Shown here: one piece after another, positions 25,780-33,200 of the stretch
Layout: each line of letters opens with the position of its first letter
How positions within the stretch are numbered: the stretch's first letter is position 1
Assembly (NCBI GenBank): GCA_016180645.1
Contig: JACPAV010000053.1
Coordinates: 1-35,430 of the forward strand
Origin: Nitrospirota bacterium
GTDB lineage: Bacteria > JACPQY01
DNA: 35,430 nt
Reading direction: 5' to 3'
Made by a program: the position numbers and the translations under genes
The notes under the pieces: model-generated
Seen by the model: the letters and a program-made list of their open reading frames with translations, nothing else
The model's database searches: none
Told to the model about the DNA's origin: nothing

Positions 25780-26586
25780 TTGAGCCTCCTCGACAAAACG
25801 ATCCCGAAGGAGCTCTGGGTCAAGTGCGAGGGCTGCCATGAGGTCATCTTCAAAAAGGAAGTGGACCGCCTCATGGGAATCTGCCCGAAGTGCCAGTACC
25901 ATTTCCGCGTGCCCGCCCCGGAACGGTTGCAGTCGGTGCTGGATTCCGGAAGTTTCCAGGAATGGGACACGGATGTAGAATCGACCGACTTCCTCCGATT
26001 TCGTGATACGGCAGCCTACCCGGACCGGCTGAAGCAGGCGCAGAAAAAAACCGGCCTTCAGGAAGCGATCGTCACGGGCTCGGGGAAGTTGAACTCCCGC
26101 GCCATCGCCATCGGAGTGATGGACTTCCGATTCATGGGGGGAAGCATGGGCTATGCGGTCGGCGAGAAAGTGGCGCGCCTGTTCGACCGTGCCGCGGAAT
26201 CGAAAACTCCGGCCATCCTGTTTGCCTCGTCCGGAGGGGCGCGGATGCAGGAAGGCATCATTTCACTCATGCAAATGGCCAAAACGTCCGCGGCCATCGC
26301 GGCCTACCAGAGATCCCGATGCCCCTACATTGCGGTGCTGACCGACCCGACCACGGGCGGCGTTGCGGCGAGCTTCGCGTTTCTCGGGGACATCATCATG
26401 GCGGAACCGAAGGCGCTCGTGGGTTTCGCCGGTCCCCGTGTCATCGAGCAGACGATCAAAGTGCAGCTTCCCAATGGATTCCAACGGGCCGAATTCCTTC
26501 TCCAGCACGGAATGATCGACATGATTGTGAGCCGGCCGAATCTGAAATCGACCCTGACGACCGTCATAGACCTCCTGGCCCCATAA
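25780..26586 (+). CDS. accD: Acetyl-CoA carboxylase carboxyltransferase beta subunit
   Basis: LWVKC..C...CPKC zinc finger, FMGGSMG, SGGARMQEG, PTTGGV and GFAGPRVIEQT motifs. Confidence 0.97.
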   Translation: MSLLDKTIPKELWVKCEGCHEVIFKKEVDRLMGICPKCQYHFRVPAPERLQSVLDSGSFQEWDTDVESTDFLRFRDTAAYPDRLKQAQKKTGLQEAIVTGSGKLNSRAIAIGVMDFRFMGGSMGYAVGEKVARLFDRAAESKTPAILFASSGGARMQEGIISLMQMAKTSAAIAAYQRSRCPYIAVLTDPTTGGVAASFAFLGDIIMAEPKALVGFAGPRVIEQTIKVQLPNGFQRAEFLLQHGMIDMIVSRPNLKSTLTTVIDLLAP

Positions 26587-26655
26587 GGAGGGACGATGGG
26601 GGCGCGACCGATGCAGAGTGATCATTCGGAATTGACGAGTGGATTCAAACACCGC

Positions 26656-26684
26656 TTGACAAGAAGGGGCAATGGCGGTAGGAA
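26656..26684 (+). promoter_or_regulatory. Possible sigma70 promoter for the ino1 cluster
   Basis: TTGACA, 17 nt, then a weak TAGGAA; another -10-like TATACT at 26733-26738. Confidence 0.35.
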
Positions 26685-26748
26685 ACGCCCTGAATCGAGC
26701 CGGATGGCAGGGTCATCCGGTGAATGACCAGGTATACTGAGCGGGACT

Positions 26749-27855
26749 ATGAAGAAGAAAATTAGGTTGGGAATTGTTGGTGTAGGCAACTGCGCCAGCT
26801 CCCTCGTTCAGGGCCTCGAGCACTACAGGAAGGCCGATCCCAAGAAGCCGGTTGAAACCATGGGGTTGGTCCATTACGAAGTGGGCGAGTATCGGCCGGA
26901 AGATATCGAGATTGTCTGCGCGTTCGACATCGACAAGCGGAAAGTCGGGAAGCCCTTGCCCGAGGCGATCTTCGCCAAACCCAACTGCACCAAGACCTTT
27001 TTCACATCTTTTTCCAAGAACGGCGTATCGGTTCACATGGGACCGGTTCTCGACGGCGTCTCCCCTCATATGAAGGAGTATCCGGAGGACCGGGTATTCC
27101 AGCCCGCCTCGAAGGAACCGGCCGACCTCGTCAAGGTTTTGAAGGACAGCGGTTGCGAGATCCTGGTGAACTATCTCCCGGTCGGTTCGGAAAAGGCCAC
27201 CCACGCCTACGTGGAGGCGGCGCTCAACGCCGGCGTGGGAATGGTGAACTGCATTCCGGTGTTTATCGCTTCCAAGAAGGAATGGGCGAAGCGATTCGTC
27301 GAGAAGGGAATTCCCATCGTCGGGGACGACGTCAAGAGCCAGCTCGGAGCGACGGTGCTTCACCGCACGCTCGTAAAGCTGTTCCGCGATCGCGGTGTCA
27401 AGGTGGATCGAACCTATCAGCTCAACACCGGCGGTAACACCGATTTCCTGAACATGCTGAATCGCGAGCGTCTGATCTCCAAGAAAATTTCGAAAACGGA
27501 GGCGGTCCAGTCGCAGCTCCATGAACCCCTCCCGGACGATAGCATCCATATCGGGCCTTCGGATTATGTTCCCTGGCTGAACGACAACAAGCTGGCGTTC
27601 ATCCGCGTGGAAGGCCGCGGGTTCGCCGGGGTCCCTCTGGAACTCGAAGTCCGCCTCTCGGTTGAAGACTCCCCGAACAGCGCCGGATCGGCCATCGACG
27701 CCATTCGATGCTGCAAACTGGCGCTGGATCGCGGCGTGGGCGGGCCTCTGACCTCGATTTCCGCCTGCACCATGAAGCATCCCCCTCAGCAGATGACGGA
27801 CGAGCGCGCCCGCACACTCGTCAAGGACTATATCGAAGGCCGCGCCGAGCGATAG
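26749..27855 (+). CDS. ino1: Myo-inositol-1-phosphate synthase
   Basis: GVGNCASSL, YLPVGS, GDDVKSQ, NTGGNTDFLNM and DSPNSAG motifs. Confidence 0.96.
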   Translation: MKKKIRLGIVGVGNCASSLVQGLEHYRKADPKKPVETMGLVHYEVGEYRPEDIEIVCAFDIDKRKVGKPLPEAIFAKPNCTKTFFTSFSKNGVSVHMGPVLDGVSPHMKEYPEDRVFQPASKEPADLVKVLKDSGCEILVNYLPVGSEKATHAYVEAALNAGVGMVNCIPVFIASKKEWAKRFVEKGIPIVGDDVKSQLGATVLHRTLVKLFRDRGVKVDRTYQLNTGGNTDFLNMLNRERLISKKISKTEAVQSQLHEPLPDDSIHIGPSDYVPWLNDNKLAFIRVEGRGFAGVPLELEVRLSVEDSPNSAGSAIDAIRCCKLALDRGVGGPLTSISACTMKHPPQQMTDERARTLVKDYIEGRAER

Positions 27856-27867
27856 CTCGGCTTTCCG

Positions 27868-28641
27868 TTGGATCTCTCCCCCGTCTGGTCTCTCCTCGGC
27901 CCGCTGGCCGTGCTCTACGCCATCGCCGTCATCCTCCTGATCCTCTACGCGCTGACCGGCGTGGGAACGATGAACGTAAAGGAGGAAAAATATCTCAAGC
28001 TCCATATCCCTTTCGGCAAATACCTGGTGGAGTTCATCCTTTGGGTGTTCAACCCGTTCGAAAAATTCTGCCGCCGATTCGGAATCACGCCGAACATGCT
28101 GACCCTGGCGGGGACGGCTCTCGCCGGAGTCGCGGCCGTCTTCTACGCGAAGGGCCGATTCATTCCGGCCGCCTGGGCTCTGGCCTTCGGCGGGATTTTC
28201 GACACGATCGACGGTCACCTGGCGCGTCGGTTCGGTCAGGACAGCCGGGGCGGGGCGTTCCTGGATTCGACGCTGGACCGGTACACCGAGGGGGTCATTT
28301 TCATCGGGATCGCCACGTACTATCGGGAAAGCGTGTTTTTTCTCGCGGCGCTTACCGCATTGGTCGGCTCCATGCTGGTCAGCTACAGCAAGGCGCGGGG
28401 CGAGGGGCTCGGGCTCGACTTTAAGGGTGGATTCCTCAAGCGATCGGAGAGGGTTTTCTACCTGTTTCTCATTTCGGCCTTCACACCGATTGCCGACCTC
28501 CTCCGGCATCGATGGCCCGGGCTGCCCCCCGAATTCCTGTTCAAGGTGAACCTGATCTTCTTCGCTGCCGCAACGAACCTGACCGCGTTCTATCGGATCT
28601 ACAACATTCACAAAACTCTTGATCGAGGTCAACGACCGTGA
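27868..28641 (+). CDS. CDP-alcohol phosphatidyltransferase, phosphatidylinositol-phosphate synthase-like
   Basis: PNMLT, DTIDGHLAR...GAFLDSTLDR, VSYSKARGE and RSER motifs as in PIP/AIP synthases; directly downstream of ino1. Confidence 0.85.
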   Translation: MDLSPVWSLLGPLAVLYAIAVILLILYALTGVGTMNVKEEKYLKLHIPFGKYLVEFILWVFNPFEKFCRRFGITPNMLTLAGTALAGVAAVFYAKGRFIPAAWALAFGGIFDTIDGHLARRFGQDSRGGAFLDSTLDRYTEGVIFIGIATYYRESVFFLAALTALVGSMLVSYSKARGEGLGLDFKGGFLKRSERVFYLFLISAFTPIADLLRHRWPGLPPEFLFKVNLIFFAAATNLTAFYRIYNIHKTLDRGQRP

Positions 28642-28738
28642 TACGATCCTGCCCCAAGATGAAGGTCAACACGTGGCGGTCTATCCATCCGAACTTTCGC
28701 CGAGGGATCGCCCCGAGAACGGGGCAAGGATCGTGGCT

Positions 28739-30259
28739 ATGAGCGCGAATGGGGTGGTTACGAAAGCGGTCATCATCGCCGCGGGAAGCGGCAAGCGCCT
28801 CCAGACCTCCATTCGGAAGACTCCGAAACCGCTCACGAAGGTTCTGGGAGTCCCCCTTCTCAAGAGAGTCATTCTGACCTCACGCCAGGCCGGTCTCACC
28901 GAATTTCACGTGGTCGTCGGTTTTCATGCCCATGAAGTCATTCAAGCCGTGGAGTCGGACGCCGATCTGTCGGGATTGATCCGTCGGGGCGATCTGTCGA
29001 TCCACTGGATTTACAACCCGGAATGGAAGAAGTCGAACGGTGTGTCCGTGCTGAAAGCGGCGGAAAGTTTGTATGGTCCTTCTGCTCACCGTCCGTGGAG
29101 CGGAGCGGAAGGGACGGCGGATTCTGTGCGCGGGCCTTTCGTACTGATGATGTCGGACCACCTGTTTCCTCAAGATACGCTGGCGAAGCTCGTCCAAACT
29201 CCATTGGGCGAAGATGAAGTTATCCTGGCGGTCGATCGAAAAGTCTCCGACATTTACGATCTGGACGACGCCATGAAGGTCCAAACCCAAGGTGAGTTGA
29301 TCACGGGAATCGGGAAGGATCTGCAATCCTTTGACGCGATCGACACGGGGATGTTTCTCTGTTCGAACCGGCTTTTCGAACATCTCAAGGCGCACTACGC
29401 CGAGAAACGGGATTGCTCCCTGGCCGACGGCGTGCGTGCCATGGCCGAAGTGGGGAAATTGAGACTGTTCGACGTCGGGCCGGCTTGGTGGCAGGACGTG
29501 GACACACCGGGCAGCCTGCGCCACGCTCAACGCCTCCTTTTGAATGCGACACAGAAGACGACCGATGGCGTGTTCTCCCGGTACCTGAACCGGCCGGTCT
29601 CCCACCTCGTCAGCCGCTGGCTCGTGTGGACCCGCGTGAGCCCGAACCAGGTGACCTTTGCCAATTTTTCGCTCGCCCTCCTCGCGGCCTACCTTGTCTC
29701 CTACAAGAGCACAGTTCCCTTCCTCATGGGGGCGGTCTTGTTCCAGCTCACCTCGGTGCTGGACGGCGTCGATGGAGAAGTGGCGAAACTCAAGTTCAAG
29801 CAGTCCAAGCGCGGGGAATGGCTCGATACGATTACGGATAACCTTTCCTACCTTGCATTCTTTGTGGGCATAACCGTCGGGGCTTTCCGCCGAACTCCCG
29901 AGGACAGCGTTCTCTGGTTGGGCGGCGCGGCGTTGCTGGGCGGGCTGGTATCGCTCGCCCTCATCTATCGACACGTTCACCGTCAGGGTCGGGGAACCCT
30001 GGTGGTGCTGGGGACCGACCTTGAGAAAGTCATCGAGGAGTGTCATTGGTTCGTGCGCGCCGTGTGGCATCTGCGATTCGCCGTGAAGAGGGATTGCTTC
30101 GCCATCCTGTTCCTTTGCTTCGCGGTGGCCGGCAAACCGATGTGGATTTTATGGACGGGAGCGGTGGCGACGAACGTGATGTGGATGGTGGTTCTCCTCT
30201 CCCGCGCTCAGCTCTGGCAGATGACTCCTTCCGCCGCGATGCATCGGGCGGAGAAGTAG
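28739..30259 (+). CDS. Bifunctional NTP-transferase / CDP-alcohol phosphotransferase (IPCT/DIPPS-like)
   Basis: N-terminal AAGSGKRL..PKPL, MSDH, DTGMF and WQDVDT; C-terminal SRYLNRPVS, PNQVT and DGVDGEVA...GEWLD. ATG 28739 follows AAGGA; the ORF extends upstream to 28619. Confidence 0.85.
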   Translation: MSANGVVTKAVIIAAGSGKRLQTSIRKTPKPLTKVLGVPLLKRVILTSRQAGLTEFHVVVGFHAHEVIQAVESDADLSGLIRRGDLSIHWIYNPEWKKSNGVSVLKAAESLYGPSAHRPWSGAEGTADSVRGPFVLMMSDHLFPQDTLAKLVQTPLGEDEVILAVDRKVSDIYDLDDAMKVQTQGELITGIGKDLQSFDAIDTGMFLCSNRLFEHLKAHYAEKRDCSLADGVRAMAEVGKLRLFDVGPAWWQDVDTPGSLRHAQRLLLNATQKTTDGVFSRYLNRPVSHLVSRWLVWTRVSPNQVTFANFSLALLAAYLVSYKSTVPFLMGAVLFQLTSVLDGVDGEVAKLKFKQSKRGEWLDTITDNLSYLAFFVGITVGAFRRTPEDSVLWLGGAALLGGLVSLALIYRHVHRQGRGTLVVLGTDLEKVIEECHWFVRAVWHLRFAVKRDCFAILFLCFAVAGKPMWILWTGAVATNVMWMVVLLSRAQLWQMTPSAAMHRAEK

Positions 30260-30311
30260 CCGTCCGCCATCTGCAAATCCCTTAAGCCGTGAATACACCT
30301 GAAGCCTGTTC

Positions 30312-30368
30312 GTAGGGGAGCATCTTTAGATGCTCCCTCTTGTCGGGAGGGTCTGAAGACCCGCCCCT
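30312..30368. repeat. REP doublet of the same family as 20097-20239
   Basis: Reverse complement contains GGGTCTTCAGACCCTCCCGACAAGAGGGAGCA followed by TCTAAAGATGCTCCCCTAC. Confidence 0.85.
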
Positions 30369-30393
30369 CGCATTCATTGAGATGCCATAAGCT

Positions 30394-32790
30394 GTGAACA
30401 AACCTGAAGAGCCCGTAGAGTCCCGTTGGCTGGATCCCATGTCCTGGGGGGTGGCCCGCGCGGCCCGCTCAAGGCCCGGATTCACGTTGCTCGTCTCCCT
30501 TCTCTTGTTCGCCATGGCGATCCCCTTCCTCCGAAAGCTCCGGCTGGAAACGGACCTCAAGAAGCTTCTGCCGGACGACTACCCGAGCGTGCAGGAACTG
30601 AATCGCGTGCTGGATGCCTCAGGACAGGGAACCGGCGATCTCATTGTGGTGATCCAGTCGGACAATTTCGATGCCTCGTTGCGCTACGCCGAGGACCTGA
30701 AAAAACGGCTCCAAGGCCAGCCCTTTGCGCGGAGCGTGACCTATGAGCGCAAAGACGAATGGATGGACCGGCACGCGCTCCTCTACGCCTCGCTCGAAGA
30801 CCTCAGGGACCTCAAGGACAAGATTGCGCGCAAAATCAGAATCGAGAAATTGAAATCCAACCCCTTCTATTTCTCCCTGGGGGACGAGGAAGAAGTGAAA
30901 CTGCCCGAGGACAAAACGCAGCGCCGGGACCGCCGGTACTACGCGACGGAGGACGGACGGATTCTTTTGGTCATCCTCAAACCGTCCGGGACGACCTCAA
31001 GCATGGGCTACTTGCGGGATCTGACCGGAAAGGTGGAGCGGGTTGCGAAATCAGAGCTGAAGCCTGCGTCCTACGATTCATCCATCGAGGTCGGCCTGGC
31101 GGGGCCCATCCAGGCCCGCATCGATGAGTACTCATCGATCCTGAGAGACCTTCGTTCGAGCGCGGCCACCGGTGGAACACTCATCCTTCTCCTAGTGGCC
31201 ATCTACTTCCGAACGGCCTTCGCCCTCTTCCTGGTTTTCTTTCCGCTCGTGCTTGGAATTGCCGTGTCCTTTGCGCTGACCCAACTGGTCCTGGGCGAAC
31301 TCAACATGTTCACGGCGTTCTTGTTCCTGGTGCTGACGGGTCTCGGAGTGGACTACGGTGTGTTGCTGCTCAACCGGTATCTCCAGCAGCGGGCGGGTGG
31401 ACGGGATCCCACCGCGGCGCTCGCCCGCGTGGCGGGTGGGACCTCCCGCTCGGTCGCCACGTCGGCCCTCACGACGGCCGCCGCTTTCTCCACCCTCCTC
31501 ATTACGGATTTCAAGGGCTTTGCGCACTTCGGGTTCATTGCCTCCACGGGGATCGTGTGCGTGCTGCTGAGCTATTGCATCGTCCAGCCCGCTCTGATTC
31601 TGTTGTTCGAGCGGTGGAGACTCATCCGCCTCGTCCCCTTCCACGGCCTTCGGATCAAGTCGTGGCCGTTGTCACGCGGCGTCCTGCTGGGGTGCATGGT
31701 GCTGGTTTTCGCGGCGGGCTACGCCGCCCCGAGGCTCAAGTTCGAGTACGATCTCTCGAAGCTGAAGTCCCAGGCGGGGCAGTCCACCGTCTGGCGGAGC
31801 CGGATGCGGGACGTGCTCAAGAAATCCCTCACGCCCGCGGTCGTTCTCACGAAGGACTTGGACGAGCTCCACGCGGTGGAAAAAGCCGTGCGCGAGAAGA
31901 TCCGCACCGACCCGACTCCGACGATCGAGAAATTCAGCTCCATTGAAAACCTCGTGCCGTCGCAGCAGGAGGAGAAACGGGTCGTGCTCGGTCAAATCAG
32001 GGATTTGCTGGACCGGGAGCCGCTTGACGTGCTCCCGAAAGTCGACCGGGAGCGGGTTGAGGGCCTCCGAGAACGGTTGGAGGCGGAACCCATCACACTG
32101 GACAGCCTACCGGCCGACCTGAAGGAAAACTTCGTTCGGGGCGGTCACTACCTGGGCTTGATCTACTCCGACTCAGACAAAGTGAAACTCTCCAATGTGA
32201 AGGATGCCCGGCGGTTCGCGGAGGACGTGCGGACAATCGCCACGGAGCGGGGCGTTTTCCACGCCGCCAGCGATACGATTGTGTTGACTGACGTGTTCGA
32301 CCTCATGCTGAAAGACGGGCGCACGGCGTTTCTATCCTCTTTTCTGGTGATCCTGATCCTGGTGCTGGTGGACCTGCGGAGCGTGCGGCTCGCCTCCCTG
32401 GCGCTCGTGCCCCTCCTGGCCGGCATGGTGTGGATGTTGGGGTGCATGTACGTGGCCGGGATGAAGCTGAACTTCTTCAACATGATCGTGCTGCCCGCTC
32501 TGTTTGGAATGGGGACGGACTACGGCGTGCACATCCTTCATCGCTATTTGGAGGAACGGAGCGTGCTGAATACGATGAGGCAGCTCATGGGGGGCATTCT
32601 GGTGTGTTCTTTGACGACGATGTTCGGCTTCGGCGGCATGATCACCGCGCACCATGAGGGGCTGGAATCCATCGGCATCCTGGCCAACATCGGCCTTATT
32701 TGCGTGACGGTGGCGTCGCTCCTCTTCCTCCCGGCCCTGATCAGCTTCCTCCTCGAACGCCGCAACGGCGGCGATCAGGTCAAGAGCTGA
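30394..32790 (+). CDS. MMPL/RND family lipid transporter (HpnN-like)
   Basis: Two repeats of one TM, periplasmic domain and five TMs; GLGVDYG and GMGTDYG motifs. Confidence 0.9.
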   Translation: MNKPEEPVESRWLDPMSWGVARAARSRPGFTLLVSLLLFAMAIPFLRKLRLETDLKKLLPDDYPSVQELNRVLDASGQGTGDLIVVIQSDNFDASLRYAEDLKKRLQGQPFARSVTYERKDEWMDRHALLYASLEDLRDLKDKIARKIRIEKLKSNPFYFSLGDEEEVKLPEDKTQRRDRRYYATEDGRILLVILKPSGTTSSMGYLRDLTGKVERVAKSELKPASYDSSIEVGLAGPIQARIDEYSSILRDLRSSAATGGTLILLLVAIYFRTAFALFLVFFPLVLGIAVSFALTQLVLGELNMFTAFLFLVLTGLGVDYGVLLLNRYLQQRAGGRDPTAALARVAGGTSRSVATSALTTAAAFSTLLITDFKGFAHFGFIASTGIVCVLLSYCIVQPALILLFERWRLIRLVPFHGLRIKSWPLSRGVLLGCMVLVFAAGYAAPRLKFEYDLSKLKSQAGQSTVWRSRMRDVLKKSLTPAVVLTKDLDELHAVEKAVREKIRTDPTPTIEKFSSIENLVPSQQEEKRVVLGQIRDLLDREPLDVLPKVDRERVEGLRERLEAEPITLDSLPADLKENFVRGGHYLGLIYSDSDKVKLSNVKDARRFAEDVRTIATERGVFHAASDTIVLTDVFDLMLKDGRTAFLSSFLVILILVLVDLRSVRLASLALVPLLAGMVWMLGCMYVAGMKLNFFNMIVLPALFGMGTDYGVHILHRYLEERSVLNTMRQLMGGILVCSLTTMFGFGGMITAHHEGLESIGILANIGLICVTVASLLFLPALISFLLERRNGGDQVKS

Positions 32791-32852
32791 GCCCATTCTG
32801 GAGCTTACTGAATTTTCCGCGGCAAGGTCCCGGGCGGACTGGTTCAGGTCCC

Positions 32853-32891
32853 GAGGCTGAACCTCGATAGCCGCTATCGAGGTTTAGCCTC
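32853..32891. terminator. Strong hairpin downstream of MMPL (terminator or REP doublet)
   Basis: GAGGCTGAACCTCGATAGC-C-GCTATCGAGGTTTAGCCTC: 19-bp arms with one G-T pair; no U-tract. Confidence 0.4.
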
Positions 32892-32964
32892 AATGAGACG
32901 GTCGCAGACCGAATGCGCACGCCCCGTTGGGCACGAGGGAAATTCAGCCGTAAAGCCCCTTGTT

Positions 32965-33020
32965 GTAGCGCCCGATTTTACATCGGGCGAGAGATCGTCC
33001 GGTATAAAAGCGGACGCTAC
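32965..33020. repeat. GTAG...CTAC REP doublet
   Basis: GTAGCGCCCGATTTTACATCGGGCG, then AGAGAT, then CGTCCGGTATAAAAGCGGACGCTAC. Confidence 0.7.
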
Positions 33021-33200
33021 GAAGAAAGGGACCTGGCCCGCGGCAGATGTAACGCTAATAATGTGACAACTCCTTACTGGATCTCCCTCGTAGTGAGGAG
33101 AGCGGGGTTTTCTCCCCTTCAAGGCGTCACGATCGCCCTAGACGATATTCAATGTGCAAAACCGACCCCATGTGCCCTACTTACGCCGGAGCTTGGTCCA

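Noticed and set aside
480-32796. Many long overlapping or antisense ORFs (e.g. 1228-2364 -, 9426-10817 +, 11804-13159 +, 14148-15494 +, 26713-28632 -)
   Set aside because: Shadow frames of well-supported genes in GC-rich DNA, with no recognisable motifs.
32791-33200. tracrRNA or small cas gene next to the array
   Set aside because: No extended anti-repeat and no Cas-like ORF; the hairpins are explained by REP-like doublets.
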